From NCBI GenBank assembly GCA_011109175.1, contig RDEW01000032.1, forward strand, positions 527,334 through 591,333: DNA of 64,000 nucleotides, given 5' to 3'. Positions 11,870 to 22,790 of the stretch are shown here, in pieces (position 1 is the stretch's first letter; each line of letters opens with the position of its first letter). The stretch is from Dicyema japonicum (taxonomy: Eukaryota > Animalia > Dicyemida). The position numbers and the translations under genes were made by a program. The notes beneath the pieces are model-generated. The model searched no databases, had not been told where the DNA came from, and saw only the letters and a program-made list of their open reading frames with translations.

Positions 11870-13248
11870 CACTTAGTTACTTGTGAACTTTCTTTTCCTT
11901 TTAAACAGTGATCTTGGGGTAACAATAAAATGGTCCAAGACCACAAAAAGAAGGGTCTTAAAACAAAGTAATAATAAAATGGTCCAAAACCACCAAAAAG
12001 AATGATCCTAAGATTTAACTTCTTATATGATTCATATACTGAGTTCTTTTCGCATTCCAATGAGTAATTAGTGCCTTGTAAAATGGACTTTGAGCGATTT
12101 GATGATTCCCAGATCCATAGGTTGAATAAGTCCTGTACTTTGGAATAAACATAATTTTAATATTTTCCAGATAAAAAGGTGGGCAATGAGATGGGCAATT
12201 ATCCATTTATAACAAAACTGATCTTTTTTCAATTTTCAATAGATTGTCAAAATTCGTAATCCAATTCGTAAAAATTGATGAAGTCATCCATGCCCTTTTA
12301 GACTTGTAGCAAGTAACTAAGGAATTATAATCATATTTCTTGAAACATCGGGGCATCTTTGTTTTCCCGATCATAGTGGCTTTAACTTATGTGTCCCTGA
12401 CAAATTGGCGCAAAGCTGACTGAAACTCTATCCTTGAAATTTTTATATCCGCTGAAAGGTGATTTGCAAATACTCCGAGAAGGAATCATTTATAAATATT
12501 CTTGTCTCATCCAAATTATAAATATTTTCAGACGAGTAACTCTTTAAAAACTTCTTCAAATTCTTTTAAAAGCCATCAAAATCCACATGTTTTTCAGCGC
12601 GCATTTCGTTGTGTAAATTTACGCATTCGAAATTTGTGTATTTTTTTTAATTTCTCCAAAAACCTAAAGAATTTTTAAAATTAGTTACGAAAGTTCTTTA
12701 GCGAAAAATTCTGCCTTATGTAATATTAGAGAATCGTTCAAAAAGGACCTTAAATGTTAGAGTAAATAGTGTACCTTTTGATTCAATTGAATCCATCCAA
12801 TCTACTAGATTTTCATAACCTCCGGGTATTTTAATTTTTACAAGTTTTTAGTTTAGGATTTCTGTTCTTGAACTGAAATAAAAGCGATTCTGCATTCATT
12901 AATATTTCATTGACAGTCCTTCTTGAGATTTTTTTTAAAGATATAAGAAAATCTGTTGCATATCGTCTGACATGAAGCTGTTTTATTGGTTTCTTTATAC
13001 CGCAATATTTCCACTTTTTGAGCAATTGAAAGTCAGGTGTATCCTCCAACAGGAACATTCGACACATGCTTGCTATAAATTATTTAAATTTTTAAAAATA
13101 TTTAAAGAAACAAAATAAAAATAATATTTTAAAATGTTGGCAAATTTCAGAATTGGTAAATATCATTGAAAATATAAAAAATCGATAAAAATTGCAAATT
13201 TCAGAATTGGCAAATTTAAGAGTGGCACATTTGAGAGAGTTTACTGTA
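11870..13248 (-). mobile_element. pogo/Tigger transposon, second decayed copy with 5' TIR
   Basis: NLDET, KDRVS, KMPRCF, WMTS, DNCPSH and PMDLGIIK motifs; TIR TA|CAGTAAACTCTCTCA ends at 13246; subterminal GCAAATTTCAGAATTGG occurs twice. Confidence 0.85.
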
Positions 13249-13777
13249 TTAACATTAACAGATTTTACCCAGTCCCCAAAAAATAAGTTTGTCATTCAGA
13301 ATAGCAATAATTCCATCACGTTGAAAAGGTGCAATGTTGACGAGGGTTAGGAACGAAAACTATGTTGTGAATTCGAGGATTGAAATAATATGTTGTATTT
13401 TCTTCCATACAGTCACTGAAATAAAATGAAAATTCTAAAAACGATGGGAATACCAAACTAAGTACTTTTGATTCCGACAGGATCTACAGTGACCTCATCT
13501 TGATTTGATGCGTTTCTTCCGAGTGCCCACAAACACTCAGCGAGTGTATAATCAGATACTCATAATTGAACGAGCACGAGTTTCTGAACCATTCGACCAT
13601 TTTGTCAATCGAGAACTGTGTACTTATTAGACAGACCATAAATGCCAGTGAAAGTCCGGGGATTATGGTTTTTCGTCGAGAGATGTCGTTATGAACGTGA
13701 TCGTATATCTTTAAGAGGGTTAGATTGTGTCGCTCAACGATGCCATATTAAACAAACCTCTTTATTAAGAAACCACT

Positions 13778-13860
13778 TACAGTAAAACTCCTAACCGCCA
13801 AATTTTACCTGAAAATCTCCAAATAGTATGGCAAACTCCTCCTATCGGCCAACTTAAAAA
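13778..13860. mobile_element. Isolated pogo-like terminus
   Basis: TA|CAGTAAAACTCCT.. with a repeated AACTCCT motif; no partner end found. Confidence 0.45.
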
Positions 13861-13929
13861 AATAGTTTATGGTCTTTGGAATAAATTTAAATTAATGCAC
13901 CTTTTTTATGTCATAGTCGTCCCAAAACA

Positions 13930-14293
13930 TGTGCAACCCTTTGAAGCTAACACGGGTTCCTGCAAACCATTTAACTTTCACACACTTTCCGACACTCTCC
14001 CAATTTATATCTGAAAGACTTAACGAGCCGAAGCCATATTTAAGTACTGTTCTTGCTTTTTTCTATAAATTACAAAATCATTTGATTCACTTTCAAAAGT
14101 TCATAACGGAGAAGATATTTGAAACGGATATCCACCTTAAACTGAAAAGCCGTTAATCTCAACAGTGTTCATATGTGGACAATATAATTTTTGCTTCAAG
14201 GGACTATGTATTCACCGCTCAAATAGTTAGGCGAATGCTCAATTCCTTAACCCAATGGTCGCGGAACCCAGGTTGGGAACCACTGCTCTACAG
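13930..14293 (+). mobile_element. hAT (Buster/Charlie-like) 3' end
   Basis: F.HFPTL..F and DIHLKL remnants; terminus GGTTGGGAACCACTG (14271-14285) followed by CTCTACAG, which fits the Buster NNNTANNN target. Confidence 0.65.
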
Positions 14294-14389
14294 AGAGTGA
14301 ATAAACTGCATTCCATTCGGTAAATTAGCACATTTCCGTCACTCGTCAATCCAAAGCATCAGCTTTGTTTAACTCACTAGAAATAATAT

Positions 14390-14860
14390 CTAGCAATAAG
14401 CAACTTTCTTCGTCTACCTGTTTGCCAGCCCCTTAAGAAGGTTCGATTCTGGTTGCTAAAACAACTCCGAGCCCTCTGCCCATATGGCATCTCTGGGCGC
14501 TGCCTCCTATATTCCAGTGTAATGCTCTCTAGGGTTTGTTTTAAAACAGTGACTGTAGGTTCGTCTGGAGCTACCTATCTACCCCTAACAGTCTTAGATA
14601 ACCCTTGTGGCACTTTGTTGCAATTCCTTCCCACGTGATTACTATTGGAATTATGATGACCTTGCAACCAAGTATCTGCCATATTTTGAAAGCAAGCCAT
14701 ACTTCCTTTTTTATCTACCTCCATAGTCTCCAAACAGTCTTAGGACGTAATGCCAACTTCTATGATGAGGACTTGACCAGCTCCTCATCGTGTATCACAA
14801 TGTCCGGTTTATTGTGCCTCATTTTTATTAAAATTCTGTGTAACCCAACCACCTGTAAGA
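14390..14860 (-). mobile_element. R4/NeSL-like RLE non-LTR retrotransposon, 3' endonuclease domain
   Basis: HNKPDIVIHD..LIIEVGITS..KKY..IIPIVITWEGI..KGY..LQS.VLKQTLESITLEYRR, a PD-(D/E)xK restriction-like endonuclease C-terminus with frameshifts. Confidence 0.8.
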
Positions 14861-16249
14861 AAACAACAGAAAAGTAACAAATATTACACTATTCATACAA
14901 AACAAAATAAAATCAACAAGTTAAAGCAAAAAACATAAACTTTTCAATTCATTACTCATTCCATTAATCGTCAAAATATGTGCCGCAAAAAACATTGGAG
15001 CCGAGGCTGTCCCCGCAAATACTTATCGCTCAAATGACAAATAAATGCATATTCCAGACTCAACCAATTTGTACTTACAGTTTTTACTCATCCAATAACC
15101 ATTAAAACAACCGCAACTTCCTTTCCAACCCGATCTTAGGTACCTCTTTTCCAGCCATTCGGATGATCGTCTTCCCATCTCCAACATCAACTTGACAAGC
15201 AAACAAACCGATCATTGAATTCCTTAAGAAGATTCTTTTCGTGCATCAATTTCTCATTCAAAATATAAACTACGGAACTACGAATACTCATAATCATATA
15301 AAATACCTGCTAATTCCATCAATGGGGTAGTATCGTCTGATAATAATAGGGAATTAACCTCCACATCAGAACAACGTGCATTAAGCTCACCCACCAGCAT
15401 TGAATTCCATTTCAGAACATCAAAAATTATTGCATATTTTGCTTTGAAGAACAAAAACTCCCTTTCTAGTTTTTTTATATTGGGTCTTCGGATATCTTTA
15501 TCCTTAAATTCCCAATTTAGGTGTGATTTTTTAAAGTTTTCCCGACTTTTTTCTAGTGATCTACCGACGGTAATGTCACTCTAAGATAAATAGACCAATA
15601 CACCAAAATATCGGATATTCCGTAATATCGGACGTTTTTCTGTTATTTTGGCTTCTGCTAGGAGTTCTTCCTGTGTCAGTCTCCTCAGAGGAACCACGGA
15701 AGAAGGTCGATGACGGAGTCTGGTTTTTTACCTCAAAGTTTGCTGCATGGTCTCGTTTTGCGAGCTTAGAATTCCGAATACTCAGCAAGACAGAGTAAAC
15801 TGTTTTTTGTCGCTTTCGTGGAGGTTGTGAAGTTTTCTGAAGCTATAGTGAGATCAACGGAATTACCATTTAAGAGGTTTTTTCTTACATTTTCTACTAC
15901 GTTTGATTGGTTCTTCATCCTCGTCGTTTTTATAGTCTTCATCGTTTCAGAGGATTCTCACATCATACATTTAAGATATTAATTAATTATTTATTTATTA
16001 TATTGTTTTTATTTAATATTTATCACGTTTGTATGATAAAAATTTCTTAGAAAAAATAATTCGTCTGAGACGACTTCTTTTCCGCCCATACCATACAGAC
16101 TTTCGAAGACGACAATATACTGAGGCCCCGACGTCATGAGATTTCGCTTTCGAATCGCTCTTCCTGAGTTGTACAGAGTTGCTTTCACGTTGAATTTGTT
16201 AAAGACTCGAAGATAAAAAACTACATCGACTTTTCCTCTAATTGACTTT

Positions 16250-16545
16250 TCAAAATCCTATCTTCCGAAGGATATCCGGGAAAACTTGACTCGTATAAGA
16301 TGTGGGGACCATCCCTCTCGACCGACGTTGGCAAACTGGATGATGTAAAAGATTTTCTCTGTTCCTTTTGCAACCTCTCCGAGTTGACAGCAAATCACCT
16401 TTTGATCTCTTTAACGCTGTTCGTCTACCATACCAAGTTGACCAATATATGGGAGCGACCGGCATCTGCGATGTCAGATTTTATAGCCGTTGGTCTCCAT
16501 AAGTTAATGAGATCTGACTAACTGGGTTAATTAACTGACTAACTA
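16250..16545 (+). mobile_element. I/Nimb-like LINE 3' end
   Basis: LPKDIRENLTRIRCGDHPSL, CSFCNLSELTANHLL, IWERP..DFIAVGL, followed by a TAAC-rich tail. Confidence 0.75.
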
Positions 16546-17174
16546 TTGATAAATCCAGTACAATGAAGATACTTGGGTTTACTCAATTATGGATTCTGTG
16601 AAGATCAACTCCTTCAACTGATACTAATATCCTCCCGAGAGCATTTCTGAATAATAATAACCGTATAATATAAAAACAATTTGCACTCCCACCTCACAAG
16701 ACCAAAATAAAACCAAACTGACTAATCACTTGATTTTGAAAAGTTCAAGCTCCTTCCTATTTTTGACCAAATGTTTTTTTCTAGAACCCAAATAAGCATG
16801 TATAATACTAGATGATCATAACTACCCATCGGTTCTTACGAATTAAAGAATAATTAGGAGTATTTCCATAAATCCGTTGATTCGTGATAGTTTACCTTAA
16901 AATAACAAAGTATTATTAATAGTAACCATTCATTCAAACAAAGGCATTATTAATCATAGTCCAATTCTCCATTGATAAATCGAATTCGATGTCTCTTGTT
17001 TCAATTTCCAGTATGCCAAATACCACTGGGTCTAAGTTATCATCATCCTCTCTATTGAGTTCATTCATAGCTAATAAATAAATAAATTCATAGCTAAGTA
17101 CGAAGGAAATATTCCACTATTATCAACAGAAAAAATGCTCATAAAAAGAAATTAATAATATTTTTTTATTTTTT

Positions 17175-17325
17175 AGAGCCTGACACTGGAGTATAGGAGG
17201 CAGAGCCCGGAGATGCCACATGGGCAGAGGGTTAAATTGGACAAGGCGCTCTCCGAGTTGTTTCAGCAACCAGAATCGAACCTCCTTAAGGAGTCTGGCG
17301 AACAAGCAGGCGAGGAAGGTTGTTG
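17175..17325 (+). mobile_element. R4/NeSL-like 3' end fragment
   Basis: SLTLEYRRQSPEMP; DNA matches 14390-14520 (reverse complement). Confidence 0.75.
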
Positions 17326-18422
17326 ATTATTAAAAATTAACTTTTTATTGTTGGTTAAATAATATTTTTTTAAATAATTTAAATTAAATATAAGTCACAT
17401 CTTAGATTTCAATGTAATTTAGTTAATGACTTTAAGAATGTCATCAAATGCTTAGATATTCAACGAGATCTGTACGAGGTTAATCATTCAATAGACACTA
17501 TTTCACCAACAAACTACCTCAATCTCCAAGATTACAAAAAAATTAACCAGAGGCATTATTTTCAATTGAAATTGATAAACTGGTTATCGGTTATCACCAA
17601 TTTTCATTTTTAGAGAAATACAAACATAAATTTATGCATAATTCTGATAGAATCTGTAAATATGACTTAAATAACAACAAATCAACAAACAAATATATTC
17701 AGTTTTATACCGGTTGACCAAAACATACAATAATAAACCACAACTTTGTCGATAAACTGAAGGACAGTTTTCTAATTATAAAAATGACCCTTAGCTTATT
17801 TTAGAGTTAGGTAAGACGAGGATTACGAAGAAGAGAGAACAAATAAAAGATATGAGGAACCAATACATAATGAGGATGCGGAAAAGGAGGTGATGCCAAA
17901 GGTCGTAAATGATTTGAAAGGAAAACCTAAAATATTGATAAAAATGAGGAGGAGGAATGTTTGTGGATGAATTATATAAGGGGGGTATCTCGACGTATAA
18001 AGTCAGGAGAACTAGGGAAAAGAGTGATGAAGAGACTGCTAACAAAATGGAAGATGATGACATATGTAGGGTCTCAATATAGATGGCTTCCGGTGAGAAA
18101 CCAATGCCGAGTGTGGATTTGTTGAAGAAGAAACTGAAGATTAAGCAAAACGAGGACCAAAGTCTTCTAAGATGTGGACTAAAGAAAACGGATGGAGTAG
18201 ACTTAAGAGAGCAAGAATATTCAAAGTAGTGGGCATGGAAGATGTTGACTACTTATATGTACCTTCTTTTAGTAGAGGGTTCACATATTTTAAATTACAC
18301 ACGTGTTAATTTTAATAAATCAACGATTTTTAAGAGATGTTTTGATAAATTTAAGTGATGTACCTCTAATTAATGTCTGCTTGGATGAAAACAGTAAAAT
18401 AACTTGTAGATAGTAGGCCTTC

Positions 18423-18632
18423 TTAGTATTCAGTGCGGTCGACCAAATCCATCTTCCAATAGCACATTACAGGCTTCCGCTTCAGAAAGAGTGGATAGGT
18501 AGGTCCGTCCTCGTTCATTTTTATCACACGTCCTACCGTCGCGGACATAATTTCATTCTTCGAATAGTTTTCATAATATTTTCTGTACCAGAGGATTTGG
18601 TCAGGGAAACTACGCAGTTCAATATATGACAT
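18423..18632 (-). CDS. 69-aa ORF of an unidentified gene family (possibly a pseudogene fragment)
   Basis: Open in the ORF track and has a recognisable paralog at 9700-10110. Confidence 0.4.
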   Translation of the reverse strand: MSYIELRSFPDQILWYRKYYENYSKNEIMSATVGRVIKMNEDGPTYPLFLKRKPVMCYWKMDLVDRTEY

Positions 18633-18673
18633 TAAGGTCCAATGGTATGACTATGCCAGTTATGTGCATTGAT

Positions 18674-19030
18674 CTATTTTAACGATATTAAAATAAGAAA
18701 TAATTTTCTTTTAAAAAATAAAAATAAATATACACTATTGACGATTTTCACTGCGTTACCAAAAACGACATTGCCAAAATTATTATTATAAACTACGTTA
18801 CAGAAGCAAAGAATGTCCAGAGTTGTTGGAGTAGTTATAGTATCAGGGGATGTTGTAGTAATTGGAGTATTTGTAGTCTTAGATGTCATGTTTTGGAGTA
18901 TTTGTAGTCTGAGGTGTAATAGTTGTCGAATAGTTATAGTATCATGGGATGTAGTAGTTTTTGTAATATTTGTAGTACTTTTTGGATTAGTTGTAGATCA
19001 GGTGTTGTAGTAATTGTCTTAGTCAAAAAG
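18674..19030 (-). pseudogene. Thr/Pro-rich (mucin-like) repeat-coding remnant
   Basis: TSKTTNTPITTTSPDTITTPTT plus a degenerate upstream copy (TTNITKTTTSHDTITI), followed by a hydrophobic tail; frameshifted. Confidence 0.45.
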
Positions 19031-19404
19031 ATTTACTTTTTAAATTTTTCGCCTTGCGGTATAATCGACCATCAATAACAATCAATTTCTCGGATTGTTT
19101 CATTAATTTGTATTTCGATTGTCTTGAAGATGTCTGTACAGGCTCGCCGTCTAGAATGCTCACTATGGATTAATATAACATAATATTTTTGACAGTCTAT
19201 TATTATGATAAGTAGAAATAAACATTTTATTTCCCACATGTTGAATATTTATGAATAAACCATCATCATAACAACTGTAAATAGGAGTTAACCAGAGGGC
19301 TTTATCTTAGTCCTCGACATAATAGCCTGGACAGTCCACACGACCCCCATCTCCTTCATTATTAAACGCCCATGTGTCCATAACCCATTAAGTCCAAAGC
19401 CAGT

Positions 19405-20250
19405 AGGTCCTTCTCAAGTTAGTTTTTCCAAGCTCCCGTTAGTGCCACATGATTCTAAATTTTCTTTACTATGGATCTCCACCGTCCCCTGTTGTTTGCA
19501 TCTGATCGAAGGTCTTCTAGTTCGTCTGCACATATAAGTTATCTTCAAATCCTACTAAGATCTTTATTCAGAGCCACATAGAGAGTGACTCTAGGTCTCC
19601 TCTGAAAGTTCCTGATCATTTTTGACACAAAATTTGTCATCTAATTATATAATCTCGATCGGCATGCATTCATCGAATTTGTCCTAAGAGCTCTCAGTAC
19701 TTCCTCCAGGTATACCACAAATAAAACCGGAGATACTCTCTAAGGTGTTCCAACTATTGTCTCGAAAGGCATCGATTTCTTGTCCCCAATTAGTTCAGTT
19801 ATTTCAGTATTAGACATTAGGAAACGAATAAATCTTGTTCTATCCTCATTAAGGAAACTCCCAATAACGTCCAACAAAAATACACAGGGCACATATCCAT
19901 CTGAGACCCAACTGGGTCGAACATCCTCTCTGAAAACGCTCAGCTCCGATAGCAAAATTAGTAAAGTCAAAAAATATTCGACTAAGCTTTATTAAAGATA
20001 AATCTTCCTCAAATATCCTTAGTAGTATTACTGGTCTCAGATTTATAGCGGCCCCTCGATCTTTTTTTGCTTTATGCAAAAAATTAAAATTCGATCACCG
20101 AGTTTCAACTCAAATCTCCATATTGAAAATCTGTAATACAAAATGACGATTCGCCTGGCATAACTTGATTATCGTTAAACACATGTCCAGAGACTACGCT
20201 CCACATAATCGATTCAACTTACCGTAAAAACTACATTTATTATGGTTCTC
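19405..20250 (-). mobile_element. RTE-clade LINE, internally deleted 3' half
   Basis: INLRPVILL, FETIVGTP..SISPVLFVVYLEEVLR, RRPRVTLYVALNKDL..LEDLRSDANNRGRW, and a GGAGCTT..AACTAACTT end. Confidence 0.85.
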
Positions 20251-20277
20251 ATTCTGGATCAAAGGTTAATTCCTACT

Positions 20278-20418
20278 CCAGATTAAAAACCATATCCTGC
20301 ATCAGCTCAAAAACAATAAATCATAATTTTCCAGATAAAATCATATCCTGCATGCGGCTCAAAACCATAAATCATATTTTTTCCCAGATAAAAATCATAT
20401 CCTTATGGCTCAAAAAAC
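20278..20418. repeat. About 53-bp tandem repeat, 2.6 copies
   Basis: Unit CCAGAT.AAAA.CATATCCTGCAT..GCTCAAAA starts at 20278, 20331 and 20384. Confidence 0.85.
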
Positions 20419-20633
20419 CTGGAGGATCATATGTTTTAGAAGTAAATATAGAGTACAATAATTTAAAAAATAAATATAAATATACTATGTAATTAATATT
20501 CAATACATATCATATTAAAATAAAAAATAAATTTTAATTATATTGTTATATAATGATTTAAGCTAAGTAATACATTAACATCTCAATTTAATTAATAAAC
20601 ATATTCGACTAGGCTTTTTTCCTAGAAATATTG

Positions 20634-21455
20634 CCACTGGTGAAAAAGTGGTGCCATTTGTGCTACAAGACGAAGAAATATACTACGAGTTTGAGTAACA
20701 TACTTCAGGCCTAATGGGGATGTGATGAAAGATGCTTTGTTTGTTCAGATTCACATAGAAGATCGCAGTGTCCAGTTAAAACAATAATAAGTTTTTTGAA
20801 TTGTGGTTCATCCATCGACTTTGCCAATTATGGAAGATGTCCCAAGGCTGTTGAAGCTAACATAGCGAAAAAAAACAAAATTGACCAAAAAGGAAAGAAT
20901 CGAATGGAAAATTATCTCTAAAACGAGAAAATGCCCTTAATGGAGAAAGTGAAGTTTCCAAATTGGAACGAATAAGAAATTAAAACTGGCTGGAATAGGA
21001 CATATAGTAAGAAACATTCTAAAAAAAACAGTAGAAGCTTCAATACAGAGAAGAGAGGGCAGCCACCGAAAAAAAACAGAAGTAGTCAGGATAACCCTGA
21101 TTAATGCCCGTTCTCTTTGGAAACGGGCCTCAGTGCTGGTTGCCTATAGCCAGCAACGATCCAGATGGAAGTTCTAATTATAACGAAACTAAATTGAAGC
21201 ACATGGATTGGATTTAGCATCTGAAATGATGACGAATACGAAAGAAAACAAGAAGAATCGGTGATTTATTACATTGCTTGTGAAACTCGCATTGTAATTG
21301 GGCTTTTTACGGAGAAGAGACATAACGGTGTCTCATGATAGTGCCCCGATATAGACGACCCCAAATTTTGGCTTTCCTCTTTAGTTAATGGCTCTTACCT
21401 TGTTTAGTTAGTTGGGGTTTTGCGAATAAATCATGTTATCTGTTATCTGTTATCT
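20634..21455 (+). mobile_element. Non-autonomous LINE derivative (ORF1 3' part, ORF2 stub and ORF2 3' end)
   Basis: CCHC knuckles (RCFVCSDSH..CP; NCGSS..ANYGRCPK), RITLINARSL..PD..I.ETKL, then directly a C-terminal knuckle remnant; (TGTTATC)3 tail; TSD GAAATATTG at 20625-20633 and 21456-21464. Confidence 0.85.
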
Positions 21456-21559
21456 GAAATATTGGTCCAATTATTTTGTTCTTTCAATTTTGTCTCCGCT
21501 AGTCGGGGTTCTAAATTTTACTAAAAACTAAAATGGATAAATTTTTTTCAGCAATACTT

Positions 21560-22110
21560 TTTGCCGATTTTCAACGTTTATTCAACAACAACACGTTTTT
21601 TCTACACACTTACAAACATTGATAACTTCACTCTGGATGGATTTATAAATAGACCTGTTTTCAATAAAATGCTCTACTCAATTGATATACATGACGTTTT
21701 CGGCTCTGTTTCTAGAAACATACTATCCAGAAAAATCTTTCAATCAGAGATCCAAGGAATCTTAAGCTTTGAATCACAAACTTCATAATTGGTTGAAGGG
21801 ACATGTTTGCATAGGAGATCTGAAATCTGTCTCACGTCTACTCATTAATTGTGTACAACAAATATCTCCGTTATCCCCTGCGCGATTTAACCTTTTTCTG
21901 GTCGATTTTCTGACTCGGAAATCTGATGTTAAGCAGACGATATTTTATTAATTTTAAGTTCTCTAGACATTCACAACGGGCTAAACATGGAATCTTGTGA
22001 AGAGGCTGTCGTATTTTTTCTTGAAATTCTCTAAAGTCCGAGCAGCCTCCCCAGCTTTCAACGCAGAACCAGTAAATCTCAACCGAGAAAAGGTGCATTT
22101 GTAGATGAGA
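21560..22110 (+). mobile_element. Non-LTR RT core fragment, clade uncertain
   Basis: SIDIHDVFGSVSR, CVQQISPLSPARFNLF and ADDI motifs across frameshifts. Confidence 0.65.
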
Positions 22111-22392
22111 GAGAGCAGAACAATTCTTCTGAATTCCTAAGGATAGCTAAAATTTCACTAATAGAAGCATGAGGTCACCAGGGCTTATTCATTTACGGAT
22201 CGAGAAATTGAACTAAAAAATCTACTTGTTTTGTCGAGAAAGTAGGCTCAAAATAAAAATTTTATGATTCATAAAGTTTTACTATTTAAAGTAATGAGAA
22301 GTATTCCTACCTTTCGAAACTTTTGTCTGAGTTGTCGATACAAAGGAATGGCTGCGGATTCCTACGGTTCTTTCTGAACGAGGAAAATCTAA

Positions 22393-22790
22393 TACAGTAA
22401 ACTCTCTCATTTTGCCGATTTTGGTTCCAGCGAAATTGTGGCTAATTTCAGAATAAAATTTTATTTTAAGTTTTAATTAATTTACTTATGATAATTAAAC
22501 TATTTAAATTAATAAATTTTTAAATTAATAAATTTATTTTTAAGAAAAACAATATTTTTAACCTAGAAAGAAAACAAAAATTAATTAAATTTTATTAGAG
22601 TAATTCTCAATTCCCAATTGCCTCTTATTAGAATTTTTAATATTTTCTATATATCCTATTGAAGTAATGAATTCTGCATCATTGTCATTTTCAATGTTTT
22701 CTAGAAGATATTTTTTAATCTCTCTTAATTTTAAAAGCATTTCAGCCTTGTTTAATAACACATGTACTTCTACATGACCGGATTCTGCTG
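22393..22790 (-). mobile_element. pogo/Tigger 3' end with TIR
   Basis: TA|CAGTAAACTCTCTCA at 22395, identical over 15 bp to the 13246 TIR; transposase-like C-terminus LKLREIKKYLLEN..RQLGIENY. Confidence 0.75.

Noticed and set aside
19230-19400. NEGDGG-containing protein remnant
   Set aside because: It needs frameshifts to fit any remembered motif, two frames are equally plausible, and I cannot name a family.
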